Assembly (NCBI GenBank): GCA_951406725.2
Contig: OX597814.1
Location: 162,564,001 to 162,628,000, forward strand
Length of the DNA: 64,000 bases
Source of the DNA: Octopus vulgaris
Taxonomy: Eukaryota
Reading direction: 5' to 3'
Position 1 is the first letter of the stretch. Each line of letters starts with the position of its first letter. The notes beneath the pieces are model-generated. The model made no database searches and was not told the DNA's origin. It saw only the letters and a program-made list of their open reading frames with translations. The translations under genes were made by a program, and so were the position numbers. This document shows positions 13,999 through 28,807 of the stretch, piece after piece.

Positions 13999-14943
13999 CG
14001 TGCGTGTGTGTGGCCATCTGTACATATGGATTTGAATAATAACGAGAATAAAAGTATCTCGAATGCTATGCAAAATAAATTCTTAATTTACTGAAATTAT
14101 CTTCCCTTCGTAAAAAATTGGAGAAATGCCCTGAGGCAATTTCGTTCACATCCAAATGAAAAAGGGAGATAATTGCAAGAGTCAAGAGGCGTCTAAAATA
14201 GACATGCCAAAAGGAAAAGCATATGATTGCTTGGTGATAAGAAGATGGCTATGTACACACGTTTCTGACACAGTGAACATCTTCAACTTAGCAGTTGTTC
14301 TTTGAATCCAGCCGAAAAGCATTTCTTTCAACACTGTAACGAATCTGCTGTTTCGCCACCCTTAATAATAGTTTCTAACTTATGCACTATGCTAACAATT
14401 TTTGGGGAAGGGTGTTAATCGATATCATTGATTCTAGTACTTGACTGGTATCTAATTTCATGAATGCTGGAGGGATTAAAGGCAAACTTGACATCGGCGG
14501 AGTTCGAACTCAGATCAGAAAGAGCCGTAACAACTACCGCGACGCAATTTTCGAGACCCTCTCACGATTCTTTACAAGAATTGTTTCTAGTCTAGACTAA
14601 GGGCCAGAAACCTGTAGGGAGGCGAGGAGGACATATGATTACCTCTCTAACACTTAGTTGTCGCTGATCCTAAGAGAATGAAAGGCAAAAGTTGACTTAT
14701 GCAGCAACTGAACTTAAACTGTAGCAGAAACAATGGAATCGATCGTCGTATGTGTCACATACGTATTGTATCGATTCCGGAAGAATGTTTAAAGACCAAA
14801 TGAACCTCAGTAGGACTTGAAGACGAGAATGTAGAGACGCAAAAATAATTACAAGAATGCGTTTAGTCTGACGGTAGAAGGCGTTGATCATAACAATTTC
14901 TTACCTTGGCACTATTTACCAATAACAAGAACCCAATAACAGC

Positions 14944-14993
14944 AACTACTACTACTACTACCACTACTACTACTACTACTACTACCACTACTA

Positions 14994-15033
<40 letters not shown>
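14944..15033. repeat. (ACT)n repeat
   Basis: Directly visible. Confidence 0.9.
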
Positions 15034-15922
15034 ACATATGTCTCATCAGGATATTTTGCAAAAAAGGAACATAATGGTTATGAAACGAACCAGCGAACGT
15101 CCACCTCCCACGTCACTCCGCTCTTCCTTCCTTTCCTTCTTTCTTTCTTTCTTCTTTCTTTCTTTCTTTCTTTTCTTTCTTTCTTTCTTTCCCTACATAC
15201 ATATCTGTTTTTTGTTTGTCTCTATCTCTCTCATCGCGCGCGCGTGTGCATGTGTATGTGTGGGTGTGTGTACATGATCGTATGCGTGTGAACGCGTGCG
15301 CGCGCAGGCGCATGCATGTGCATAGATATTCAGCCATGTTGTACCAAGTAGCCTTCCTTGCAGGTCCACACTACAAAACAACCGCATCGCCGGGTTCATA
15401 TGCTAAATATGACTAACATAATAAAATATTAATATGGCTTACAGTCAGTCCAACTCTGTCTCCTCGAATGTTAACAGCATTGCAAGAGTTAAACCTGACA
15501 TTCAGTGTTTCTCTCACTAGATTAAACATTAACAACCGACACTAACACACGCAGACAAGCAAAACAGCCACAAAAGAAAGATTGGCAGGGCAGACGACAA
15601 AAGTAACAATATGCGCGCGCACACACACACATATTTGAGTAAACAGTCTGCTTTATACTCTCTGTGTACTGTATTTATATCATTGTGAGTTCATACGAGC
15701 GATGAAATTATATTACTGATTAAAATTGCGCACGCGTATGTGTGTACTTGTGTGCGCGCGTGTGTGTGTGTGCGCGCGCACGTACTCGTGTTTCTCTTTT
15801 CCTCACTCTTTATATATACATATGCATGTAAGCGCGCGCTCATATTTCTCTCTCCTTCTCTATGTGTGTGTGCATGTCCATTCGCATATATATATATACA
15901 CACATCCATCTATGCACACACG

Positions 15923-15962
<40 letters not shown>

Positions 15963-16429
15963 CATGTATAGATGCACACAAGTGACAAACTGATAATCAT
16001 GAACCTGTCTTTTCGTTTGGGGTTTTCAAGACTTATGCACGCGTCTCCTCCCCCCCTCTCTCTCTCTCTGTACATGTGATTATGAACGCAATGTACCGTA
16101 GTGTTCCATACCTAGTGGCAAAGCATATGGAAGTCCATTGGCCATTATAGTGGGCTCTGGTCCATTCTGAGGTCATGTCTTCTTCATATCACATGTTTTA
16201 CTTTATTCCTAACATTTATACTTTACATTACTGAGGATCGGTGATTTCTACATGAAACCACAGTAAGAATTTAAACATATTTAGCAACACGTATACATAC
16301 ATACATACATACATGCATACATATAATATGCTCAAGATTACATTATCTAAATATGTATTTTCCTCTTTAAGACGGTGTTTAACTTGAGCGAGATGTGTTT
16401 GTGATTTCAAGCTTTCGAGTGAATATAAT

Positions 16430-16830
16430 TAGTAAGGAGTCTATGCCCCAAATCTTCATACCTCATAATGACACGACTGCATCGTTTGATGTCTCTATGG
16501 GTAGATTTGACGGGGTTGAAATCGCCAACCTAGTCGTGTTATACATTTTGGATACCCTCAAGGTCGGCCCTCTATAGTGACGATGGCTTGGCTATCTCAG
16601 GCCACATAAATGGCCACGCCATGGATAGGTTCAAGAAGGACTTGATAAAAATATTCAAAGAGTGGACGAACTCCAAACCCACTCTCCTCACCCCAAAAGA
16701 ATTAGGAAAAGTAAAATAATCTGGTATAACCCACCATCTAACCTAGAAGTTTCTACCAACGTAGCAAGATGCTTCCCGTCATTAATAAAGAAACATTTCC
16801 CCAGAAGCCGCATTACAAACTTTCCAGCCC
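16430..16830 (+). pseudogene. Degenerate Penelope-like RT fragment
   Basis: FDVSMGRFDGVEIANLVVLYIL, then LYSDDGL and RKSKIIWYNPP across frameshifts/deletions. Confidence 0.7.
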
Positions 16831-18798
16831 CAATAATGTAAACTCTTTTGATCTGTGTATGTGTGTGTGTGAGTGTGTGTGTGAGTGTGTGTGTGTGTGT
16901 GTGTGAGTGTGTGTGTGAGTGTGTGTGTGAGGGGTGCTGCAATTCTGTAGTCTCAGGACAACGAAAAATGTTGTAACTGAATGGTTTCATACCAAAAAGA
17001 TAGAGGTATATTCAGCAATCATCGGACATAACTGTGTCCAACGATTGCTAAATATACTTCTACATTTTTGGTATAAAACAGTACAGAAAAAAAATCAGCA
17101 GTTTTAAAACGATGATAATATTGTATAAATAATATACCCACTGTTACCTAGTACGCGAATGCCTGTTTTTCTTTCCTGACTCATGATAACTTATTGGACA
17201 AGTACACATCCACCTAATTATGTTGTTATATCTCCTCTGTAATACACAATGAATAATTCCGTCGTGGCACAATAATGGTAGTATTACACCATTATATTTG
17301 TTTTATTTTGGAATAATAGCATTATATATTATGGAATACTTAAGTTGATCATTATATTTGAGATACTGTTTGTATGAAATGCATCACAGAAGTGGTCTGT
17401 GAATTGGTTAGTTGGGAAGAATCTAAAATTTCGGACCTTATTCTTGCATATAAGAGAAGCAGAGAAGCTTTGGCTATGGGAGAATAAGTGAAGAAATTGA
17501 AGTTCAAGAAGAGTTAGCATGAGGAGTGAGAATGGTAAGCTGAGAGAGAGAGAGAGAGAGAGAGGGGGAGAGAAAGAAGGGGAGAGAGGGAGAAAGCGAG
17601 AGAGTAATGATAAAGGGTCAGACATTTTGGGTGCAAGGTGAACAAAATGGGGTAACCAAGAATTGGAAAGGGATGGGAGAATGGTCCAGTACCTCAAGCA
17701 AAGCAAAAATGAATAATAAATAAATGGAGTTTAAGTAGAGAGAGAAAGAGAGAGAGGGGGGAGGGAGAGAGAGAGAAAGGGAGAGGGAGAGGGAGTGAGG
17801 AAAGGGGAACGGTAAGTGGAGGTAAGACTAGCCGCACCTAGAAAAGCTATTTCAGTGTAAATGCACCAGTAGAATATTCTTAATATAGAATGACCGAATT
17901 ATTTAGCCAGTAGTAATAGACGCACGTAAATAGTTTGCCCTCGTTTACCGGCATGCAGACATATATTCGTACAAATATATACGTAAACACATGTAGGAGT
18001 ATATGCACCCATACATATATGTCTGCATACACGCCCATATATACACAGACATAGAGTATTCTTAATTGAAATAACAGAAAGCAAGAGGGCACTAGAGACA
18101 AGCTAGGGCAGATTAAGAGGAAGGCAGACTTATAGGAAGTAGAGGCGTATATTCATATCCTGCTGAGCAGAGGTTCTTGTTTTAAGATGACACGCTTTTC
18201 TCGGCGCGTGCGTAGTTGAACCATGGAGCAGGACAACACCACAGACTGACATTAAACAGCAGGAGAGCTCCAAAGTCTGGCATCAAACAGGTACAGAGGA
18301 ATAGAGACAGGGATGAACAAACTAAAGCCTGTAGTAGGCCAAATCCAGCCTGCTGACTTCGCTGAATATGCAATGTTGCATACAAACGTTCGCTGTTTTA
18401 CTTATCTGTCTTTCGAGTACAAATACTGAAATCCAGAATCGGAAAATATAAAAGAAAATATGTCTTCATTTGCAGTGACCCTGAATGAATCGGTGAGTCT
18501 TTGAATAGTAGATATTTTCGAAACAGTGACTAAACGCGTCTCTCATGAAACCGCAACATAGTTTACATCATGGTTCCGAAACATTTTCAGGCTGCCACCC
18601 CCTTGGCACCCGGGCTACATTTCTAGCACTCCTCCCCCTCCCCACCACAAACATAGACATACATAACCCAATATTTTTTCTACATCCACACATTATTGTC
18701 GCCACACTTCAACGATTCCCTGGACCTTTCCACGACACCAAAGGGGCAGTACCATCCAATTTGGGGTCCACTGGTTTACATGAATAGGAAAATGCTTA

Positions 18799-18967
18799 GG
18801 TAGGAGTGACTGAGTGGTAAGTAGCTTGCTTACTAACCACATGGTTCTGGGTTCAGTCCCACTGCGTCGCACCTTGGGCAAGTGTCTTCTACTATAGCCT
18901 CGGGCCAACCAAAGCCTTGTGAGTGGATTTGGTAGACAGAAACTGAAAGAAGCCCGTTGTATATATG

Positions 18968-19025
<58 letters not shown>

Positions 19026-19240
19026 CGTTTGTGCGTCTGTGTTTGTCCCCCCAACATTGCTTGACAACCGATGCTGGTGTGTTTACGTCCCCGTAACTTA
19101 TCGGTTCGGCAAAAAAAGACCGATAGAATAAGTACTAGGCTTACAAAGAATAAGTCCTGGGGTTGATTTGCTCGACTAAAGGCGGTGCTCCAGCATGGCC
19201 ACAGTTAAATGACTGAAACAAGTAAAAGAGTAAAAGAGTA
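18799..19240 (+). mobile_element. tRNA-derived SINE, family A (best-preserved copy)
   Basis: A box (tgactgagtggt), B-box-like ggttcagtccc, internal (TA)(TG) microsatellite, tail gtaaaagagtaaaagag. Confidence 0.85.
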
Positions 19241-19560
19241 TGTCCATTAAGAAGATCAACTAAACTGGCTGACGGCACATTTACACTGAATCAACGGTCG
19301 CCTCCATTCACGCAAACTAAAAATGTATAAACTCTTCCTTGAATGCTACAGCATTCATGATACATGCCGATTTTACGTATTTTACTCTTTGTGCTGATAT
19401 ATCCATTCAAAACTTTATTACCACTGACTGTGGAAAGCGATTTTACCATGCGGCTTTGAAACAGAATACTCTCTTTATGATGTAAAAAGCAAAGACTACC
19501 TCAGTGACACTTTTTCCAAACGACAGTTTTTTTAGATTTACTTCAATTTTTCCCACATAA

Positions 19561-19940
19561 GTGCGGGCGTGGCTGCGTGGTAAGAAGCGTATTTCCTAAC
19601 CACATGGTTCCGGGTTTAGTCCCACTTCGTGGCACCTTGAGCAAGTGTCTTCTACTATTGCCTCGATCCGACCAAAACCTTATGATTGGAGTTGGTAGAC
19701 GAAAACTGAAAGAAGCCAGTTGTGTGTGTGTGTGTGCACGTTTGTCCCCCACCTCCGCTAGACAACCGGTGTTGTGTGTGTTTACGTTCGGCAGAAGAAA
19801 CTGATAGAATAAGTACTAAGTTAAAAATACAAAAAAACAGTAAGTCCTGAGGTCGATTTCTTCGACTAAAACACTTCAAGGCAGTGTTTCAACATGGCGA
19901 CAGTCAAATGACAAAAAAAAAAAAAAAAAAAGTAAAAGAT
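19561..19940 (+). mobile_element. tRNA-derived SINE, family A
   Basis: Homologous to 18799-19240. Confidence 0.8.
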
Positions 19941-20724
19941 ATTTCAACAAATATCTCTTTACAGAGCAAAAATCAAATACTTTTAAAGGTGAATAGGAAA
20001 ACTGTAACTCGCGAAAATATGTTACAGAAAACTATTGCAGAAAATATCAGTTCTATTTCTTGGTGGATAATTAACATTATTACGGGAATTTAATAAAGCA
20101 GTTAAAGGGTTAAATGACTAACGATCTTCCATTGAAATATGTAATGTTTTTTGTTTTATAAATACTAAACAGCGACCAGTACAATGGCAGCCATTTTGGC
20201 CGAATAAATCAAACTCAAGAAAATTTTCTTTCTTCCACTCTGTACGTGATATTTTGTGCAGTTGTCCGATTTTGCTCTTTTACATAAAGCACTTCATAAC
20301 CGAATCAAGCTCTTCCTCTAGTCACATTTACAGATGTCTTAAAATAATAAGATACGTTTAAATTGAATGATAACCAATATTGCCGAATATCTTTCACTCA
20401 GGTCACGAATGTAAATAACAGTATTTTTAGTAACATGCGAACTCAATATTTGACTTTACGAACATGGAAATGTATGCAATGCATTCTCTTCAACATGTTT
20501 TATATAAATCTATTTTTAATAATGTTTTAACTTTAAACCGGTTTGTTGTATTCCTCTGCATGCATTATTGTCCATTTTCACCTTCAATTTCACTAATTTT
20601 ATAAGAACACGTGCTGTTTAATTATTTCGATTGATTTACTTTTACTATATTTTTATTTTGCTTTTGAAAGAAACGCGCTAGCGTGCGCACACTCACATTC
20701 GTAATACCACACAAAGGCGATATA

Positions 20725-20788
<64 letters not shown>

Positions 20789-20938
20789 TGTATATTCATA
20801 TGTTATGGAAGTATGTATACAGGCTTAACAAGCGAATCATTAATCTCAGATTTCTAATCAAGCAGAAGGGCGACATCATGAGCAATAAGAAGGTACATTA
20901 TTTACATTTGACGGATATTTGTCCTCATATTGTTTGTT

Positions 20939-20985
20939 AACACAACGTTTCGGCTGATAATACCTTCCAGCCTTCATCAGATGTC
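20939..20985 (-). ncRNA. Minimal type I hammerhead motif (Penelope-type repeat)
   Basis: Minus strand reads gacat-CTGATGA-a-ggctg..cagcc-GAAA-cg-TT-gtgtt, with palindromic aacgtt. Confidence 0.7.
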
Positions 20986-21039
20986 TTGGGGAAATTTCGA
21001 ACCTGGGTTCTCATTCCTAAGGCATTTTTCGATATTGAT

Positions 21040-21040
21040 G

Positions 21041-21074
<34 letters not shown>

Positions 21075-21262
21075 CATTGTTATTATTGTTATTATTATTG
21101 TTATTATTATTATTATTGTTATTGTTATTATTGTTATTGTTATTATTATTATTGTTATTATTGTTATTATTGTTATTGTTATTATTATTGTTATTATTGT
21201 TATTATTATTATTATCATTATTATTATTATTGTTATTATTATTATTGTTATTATTGTTATTA

Positions 21263-21298
<36 letters not shown>
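21040..21298. repeat. (ATT/GTT)n trinucleotide repeat
   Basis: Directly visible. Confidence 0.95.
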
Positions 21299-21302
<4 letters not shown>

Positions 21303-21364
21303 TCACTGCTTGGAATCAAACTCGGAATCTTGGGATTAGTAACCCACGCTCTTAACCTCCATGC

Positions 21365-23330
21365 CATATGCCCGTGGGTTGAAGCACATTTATTCTATCA
21401 CAGTAGTTGTTTTTCACTAGAATAATTGCTAATAATGAAACTGCAGCTAAAGCTATTTTGAGAGAAGCTTATTATTAGCTAAGAAATAAAAACTATTTAA
21501 CGACGGTGAATTAATGATTTCTTGTATGCTAGCAAGAGATGGAAAAGTATGCCTATAAAATTTAGTTTTAAGAATATTAGTCCTGTCTGCAAAAGTAGTT
21601 ATTATAATTATGGACGTCGAAAGTATAAGAGATTAACTTCATGTGACAATGAAGCATTAACACACAACACTCCCAATCGTTTTCTCGGACTCTTGATGAA
21701 TCAATAGGTGTGTTTGACAATCCAATGTTGTTCGGTCGAAAAATGATGGATGAACAAGCTTTACTGAGCAGCACGCAGAGAAGAAATACTGGTGAAGACT
21801 TTTCCAAAGCAGCGGAGGCAACACTAATCTGGGTTTGTGTAAAACAATTGATGGTGGGGAGGAAAAAATATGTCGTGTCGAAGAAGGTTCCATTGGACAC
21901 GTCTACGAAGCTCGTAACATATTGGATTTACGAATTGTACGGTGTTTCACTGAAGCATTTATCAGTGAGCACTTGAAGAAAAACAGATCAGTCATAAGTG
22001 ATTAAATCAGTCGTGTGTTAGCAGCAAATTTTATTTGATCACGTGTAAAGGGGTAAAGACCCCCTTCGGTCATGAATGACCATGGGATTGCACCTAGAAA
22101 GTTACCCTCCTAGACACAAGTCCGGGCAAGGTTGTTTATGGAAGGCCAGCAGTCGCCCATGCATACCAGCCTCCCCTCTCCACGCCACCAGTGTTATCCA
22201 AGGGAAAGACAAAGGTCGATACAGCTTGGCACCAGTGACGTCGCAACTCATTTCTACAGCTGAGTGAACTGGAGCAACGTGAAATAAAGTGCCTTGCTCG
22301 AGAACACAACACGCAGCCCGGTCCGGGATTCGAGCTCACAACCTCACGATCGTAAGCTCGTCGCTCGTCGCTCTTCGATCATTTTTAACATTTTTGGAAG
22401 AAACAGAAGCTGAATATAACGATTTGCCGTAACGCACTGCTGTAAGCTGACCTAGTAGCAGTAAAGTTATCTCACGAATTTTATTAAAAAAATCAAATAA
22501 AAGCTGATATTTTTTCATAAGAAAAATTATGTTCAGTCGTTCCTTAGAAACGGCAAATGGTTGTGGGAATTGACATTCTCATGTGACTTAATGACGCTTC
22601 TTAATGAGTTTAAAATTAGATCACAAGAGGATTCTGAGCATACATGAGACATAGATTTAAACCTTTCTACATAAATTAACCTTTTTTTTTTTTTCTACTT
22701 CTGGTTAATGATAAACATCTCCAACCACTTTCCGTGCTGTGAAAAATATAACCAAGAAGTGAATTCTCTATTTCCTTTCAAATTCACTCAAACTGTTCTC
22801 AGAAATCTGAATCTACAGTTTTCAGCAGCCATTTTCAGATCTCGGTGAGAATGTAAAATATTGAAGATCGTTCAAAATACATTTGATTGTATTATCGAAG
22901 AACTCCTGTCAGATTTTCAGTTGGTAGATATTGAGTTTTAGTCAATAGCATGCTAGAAAAAGTATAAATACCTCCCAGAGGAATTAAATACTTCTTTAAA
23001 ATCATCTGCTTACGTATGGGCTTTATCTTTGACACAGCCTACTTTTGAGGAAAAAAAAAACTTGTCTAAGACTTTCTGTGTTAAATCCATTTATAAGTCA
23101 GTGTTGATTAATTGCGACTTGCAATCAGGTTTGATTATTGGAACCGAAAAATTTCATCCACAATTTGTATCCCCAGCAGAAAAAAGTATGAAATTTGTGC
23201 AAAAAAAAATATAAATTATATGATAAAAAACACTAACGTAATTGAAAAGTAATCTGCTTTTTTAGTTACTAGTATAGTTCTAGTATTCTTTTATTCGTCT
23301 TGATGACCAGTAAGATGGAAAACATTTCCA
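21365..23330 (+). pseudogene. Decayed hAT (SPIN/Charlie/GTF2IRD2-like) transposase, interrupted by a SINE
   Basis: Degenerate LDES, GEDF, IDG, H*SIYQ*AL (cf. HCIIHQEAL) and EAEYNDLP*RTAVS*PS (cf. YHTEVRWLS) motifs. Boundaries approximate. Confidence 0.6.
22049..22375 (-). mobile_element. SINE family C variant inserted in the hAT remnant
   Basis: Shares the ctggagcaacgtgaaataaagtgccttgct core. Confidence 0.75.
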
Positions 23331-23749
23331 AATCGGCTCAATTCAAAAACCATAAAAAAAAATAATAAAAATGTGTCACCACTTGCAATATAGTAACAGT
23401 AAAAAGATAGGTTGTAGATGTCCAACTTGAACACTTAATATGTAATGTACTTACAAAAGAGTAAATATAACGATATATATGTTCTTTTCGAATGACTCTA
23501 AGCAGAATAGTTTCATATAGCATTTCGGATCAAACTTCTCGTCAAGGATAAAGACCAACTAATAATAATTTGGCCCCTCTCGACATTCACTTCTTAAAAC
23601 TGGCTAAATATCATAGAGTGGCGTTGAAGTAACATCTCAGCCATGATAGGACGCCCATTTATTACAAGGTATCAGCAGATACACCGAACTTAAGTTATAG
23701 AGAACGTGCACGAAGGCTAACAATAACAGCAGGTTTACATGCCTATTCG

Positions 23750-23807
23750 ATATCTATACATATGTACACACATATATATACATATATATACATACATATA
23801 TCTACAA

Positions 23808-23838
<31 letters not shown>

Positions 23839-23839
23839 G

Positions 23840-23874
<35 letters not shown>

Positions 23875-23985
23875 CATTGATATATATACATAGTTATATA
23901 TACATATATATACACATTGATATATATACATAGTTATATATACATATATATACATATATATATATATATACATAGTTATATATAC

Positions 23986-24034
<49 letters not shown>

Positions 24035-24065
24035 CATATACATACATATATATACATACACATAC

Positions 24066-24098
<33 letters not shown>

Positions 24099-24244
24099 CG
24101 TATATATATACATACATATATATATATACATATACGTATATATATACATACATATATATATATATACATATATTTATATATATATACATATATATATACG
24201 TACATATATATGTATACATACATATATATATATACATATATATG

Positions 24245-24275
<31 letters not shown>

Positions 24276-24336
24276 GTATACATACATATATATATGCATA
24301 TATATATGCATGCATATACACATAGATACATACATG

Positions 24337-24384
<48 letters not shown>

Positions 24385-24400
24385 ATATATATATATCCTT
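23750..24400. repeat. Compound (TA)n/(TACA) microsatellite
   Basis: Directly visible. Confidence 0.9.
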
Positions 24401-24843
24401 ATATATTATAATTTTTCAAATCCTCCGCGCAAGCGCAGATTCACTCGGCAGCAAATTAAAATTCCGATTAAACTTCAGAAATTGCTAAAATATTTTCTTA
24501 AAATTAATATAGGGTAGGAAAAAGTATATATATTTTTTCTACCAGTGGCCTAGTATGTTTACAAAGTTATTAGGCACATTTTTCAAATAAAAATTAGTGT
24601 ACATTTAAGCGCAAAGTATTTAATATGCTTTGCGGGAGAAACTGTTTTATCGAAAGCGTTTATTGTTAAATGCGCGAAATACGAGAGTAGAAAAAAACCC
24701 AACAACTGATGACGGGTCGTTCTCTATGTTGTTTGCCTTGTTTTCCATATGTGTCTTTCGTTGTTCGAAAAAAAAGTTCATATTCCATGTATTTGTAATT
24801 CGTATTTTTTGTTATACACGTTTCATGACGTCCAGTGCCCAGA

Positions 24844-24889
<46 letters not shown>

Positions 24890-25731
24890 CATACACACAT
24901 GTATAGATGTAAATATGCACATATACGTATGTATATATTATATATATATATATTAGTGAGTGCGCCCAAGAGTGTGCCCGTGTGTGTTGGGGCATCAAAT
25001 TTACTTGCCAAATGTTTATGTTGTTGAAATTAGCTCCCCTTCCTGTTGGTTTTAAATTTTGAATATCCCACAGGGAGATTGTGCCGACTTATTGCATGGC
25101 TAGTCACTGTTGATCGAAGCTTTTGAACACGCAGCATAACATGTGTGAGGAAGGATGTTTGTTTCTAATTTTGTGATTCTAATTTTCGATCCTATTTCAA
25201 CCTCGTGCGAAAATCTTCGGTCGTATAAATAAGTTGTGAGTGAACAATGAGCAACTTTCTCGTGTGTGAGTATATGTGCATGTGTCTGTTTGTGTGTGCA
25301 TAAAACACACACATATAATATGATATGTATTTGTATGTTTATATATATATATATATTTGTGTGTGTATACCCATGTATATGTATACACACACACATAGAC
25401 ACTCATATGAATACACACATATACATATTCAACTGATAAGGTGGCTAGCAGAGTTTCAAATGCGGGAACATTTTAACACACAAATATCATGTGCACGAAT
25501 TCCAACCACAAGCTATTACAAACAACAAACAACAGCAACAACAACGTCAACAACAGCAAGAAACAAGAATTAATAAACAAACCCACGTTCCTAGCTGCAC
25601 AATAGCAAACTTTCAGAAAGAAACACTTTCTTCTCTTTTCATGTGGAAAAGCATTCGAGTTTAATACGTATGCGAATGTACAGTTTATTATTTTTTATGT
25701 TTATGTATTCACTTTTTTTTATATATGAACA

Positions 25732-25809
<78 letters not shown>

Positions 25810-26300
25810 ATATATTCAGTGTTCGTATTAGTTTCTGGCCAATGATTGCATTACGTAATTCAGGCTGCAAGACACCGACGCTGAGGTCAGTAAAAATATT
25901 ACTTTGCAATTGACGTAAAGAGGGAAAGAGAATGAGAGGTGAAAGGGGAATGAGGGATACAGAAAGAGCGGGAGAAAGGAGATAAAGAGAGAGAGAGAGA
26001 GAGAGAGAGAGCAAGAGAGCTAGGGAGTACGAGAAGAGGGAAAGAGTTATTGAGTGACTTTATGAAGATAAATAGATAGACATACAGAAGTGAGACAGAC
26101 AGAAGAGAAGTTGAAATCAAGACGAGACGTAAGAGTGGGTGGTGGGCTATCTGGTGGTGGAGTTGAGAAAGAGAGAGAGAGAGTGAATGAGTAGGAAAGA
26201 AAATAAGAGTTAAAGATCTGGAGGTAGACACTGGAGATAATGAAGAGTTAATAAGAAAGGAGACAGAGAAACAGAGAAAGCAAGAGAAATTTAGTAATGT

Positions 26301-26337
<37 letters not shown>

Positions 26338-26579
26338 CGGTATGGAATAAGAACTTGTTGCTCTGAGTTTTCAAATAAATTCCAGTGAAAATTCGTTACA
26401 ACGCTGAATGCGTCTTGAAAATCGTCAGACGTTTTTCGACTTCATTTCAATACATCCACGTACGAAAGAAGCTAGGTTTTTTTTTTCGATTTGCATCAAT
26501 ACAGTATGTACCTAAGCAAGAAGCAACACCGACAACAACAACATTATTATTATTACCCCATTTCCCCACCACCACCACC

Positions 26580-26940
26580 ACCACCACCTTAGCGAAGGTG
26601 GAGGTATTGTTTTCAGTCGCGTTTGTTTGTTTGTCCGTAGACAAGATATCTCAAGAACCGTTGGATGGATTCAGATGAAACTTTCAGAGATGTTTGGTCT
26701 TGTGACAGACACGAACTGATGAGATTTTGGGTTCGATCGGGTACCGGACAAGGATTCTAGATTATTTTCCGGGTTTTTTTTTTTCTTAATTTTTGAGAGC
26801 GGTCGGGTTCATTTTTACTATTCTCGTTAGAGGGAGCAGTCGAGTTTATTTCAGATATTCTCATTTTAAGAATCATCTCCGGATAATCGTTGAGAGGACG
26901 TTGGTTTTTCTTGGCGGAGGCTTGCGCTCTCTGAGTGCTT
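26580..26940 (+). mobile_element. Helentron-associated (DINE-1/HINE-like) element
   Basis: 5' hairpin ccaccttagcgaaggtgg, (gttt)n/gtcc microsatellite, 3' ttggcggagg plus hairpin gcgctctctgagtgc then TT. Confidence 0.6.
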
Positions 26941-26991
26941 TTGTTGTTGTTGTTATTATTATTATTATTATTATTAATGTTGTTGTTGTTA

Positions 26992-27570
26992 AGGCGGCGA
27001 GCTGGCAGAATCGTTAACACGTTAAATGCTTTGCAGTATTTCGTCTGTCATTACGTTCTGAGTTCAAATTCCGTCGAGGTCGACTTTGCTTTTTATCCTT
27101 TCGTGGTCGATAAATTAAGAGCCAGTTATGTACTGGTGTCGATCGAATCGACTAGCCCCCTCCCTCAAAATTTCGGGGCCTTGTGCCTAGAGTAGAAAAT
27201 ATTATTATTACTATTATTTAGCACGCTGGATGAAATGCTTAGCAGTATTTCGTTTGTCTTCGTGTTCCGAGTTCAAATTCCGCCGAAGTCGACTTTGCCT
27301 TTCATCTTTTCGGGGTCGATAAATTAAGCTGGGGGGTAAATGTAAGCGATTCATTGCGTCCCCCAAAATTGCTGCCTTGTGGCAAAATTTGAAACCATTA
27401 TTATTATTATTGTTGTTAATTATCGCAGCGCAGTGGTTTGTCAGAATTGTCAGAGAGTCAGTATAAATACCTTTGCTGTATTTATTCCAGTTGTTTACGT
27501 TCTAATTTCAAATTCCACCGAGTTAACTTTGTCTTTCATTCCTCCAAGATCGATAAAATAAAATTCCAGT
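26992..27570 (+). mobile_element. Cluster of three SINE family B copies
   Basis: Repeated gagttcaaattccgycgaggtcgactttgcc..cgataaa motifs separated by (ATT)n. Confidence 0.75.
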
Positions 27571-28807
27571 CAAAGTTTGCTGGCCAGCCAATTTTGACTG
27601 GAATATTCATCACAACCATCACAACAACGATGGCCACCACATCCAGCATAAACAATATGGCCATCTGCCTATACACAAATCAGTTGATAGTCATCAGTCT
27701 TATAGGAAAATAGTCGTGGGTAAAAATCTGAATAATGATGGTTTTGCAGAGAGTCACAGTTCCAAGACAACATGATTAATATTGGAAATGAGTAGGTTAC
27801 CAGTTCAGAAGAGAAACCAGTTCAAGAGAGAAACTACCAAGGTTGCAAATGGGGACATACAAGGAAAGTACAATATATTGCAAGTATTTTAGTGAGTTCG
27901 TATGTAAAGTTTTTTCTAATTAACCAGACTGTTTTTTTGCTGGAATGAAGCGGGTAGTCAATGAAGAAAGTCAGCTATAAATAGGTGAACAGTACATTAA
28001 CGTGGTTAGATGGTGAGCAGCTGTTTCTGATACTGAACTCTTGAGACGTAGCTTGGCTCTTATAGAATTCTGTTGTTGTTGCTATTGTTTACCTTCATGT
28101 TGCTATGAACGAACAGAGCTAAGATCAAAAACGTTCCAGTAGTGGCAGCTCGGTTTTTTTCCTATATGTAGGGCAACTAAATAGTTCAGAGTATCCGCCT
28201 GTATACGGATCTGTCTGTAAATTAGAGATGAGGGATATTTGGCTGCTACTTTGAAGCAAGTTAAGTGGCCAGGCAGGGGTTAACTCCTTGGCATCTTTGA
28301 TTTCTCAACTAGCCGCATTATGTTTGAGATGTCTACCTTTACTGAGCGCAGTGAATCGTGGAATCGTCGCTCATTCAGTGTTGTAAATGAATTAATGAAA
28401 CTGTTCAAGTTTCTATTGAATAACTCCACCCAAGAATCAAAACTGGGTAACAGATCCATTTCCAGGAAAGAATGGGAATTAGGTGGACTAAACTAAGGAT
28501 TGGCCAAATCGTTATCGCGCTTCAAACAGGAACAGATGTACACACTAGTAGTTTAACCTCAATGGTTATGGCTTACATTTGACGTCTTTTGTTTGAAGCC
28601 AGTGAGGTATTATAGTGATGTTATAGAAATAGAGCAAAATTACTGACTCACTACTTGACTATTGTCAGTAATCATGAAGCTTTGAAATGTAGCCAAACAT
28701 TTACAACAAAAACGTACTAGTTAAAAGAAATATACAGAATAACATAATTCAACAAATCATCATCATCATCATCATTATTATTATTATTATCATTATTATT
28801 ATTATGA

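Noticed and set aside
14900-15050. Minus-strand signal-peptide-like exon (VVAVIGFLLLVNSAK then GTAAG)
   Set aside because: The hydrophobicity comes from the (GTA)n repeat, and the frame has a stop and no ATG upstream.
18182-18385. Unique-looking 67-aa ORF
   Set aside because: No recognisable domain or convincing splice pattern.
24636-24700. Possible hammerhead relic (gcgttta..taaatgc..gaaa)
   Set aside because: The core is too degenerate to call.
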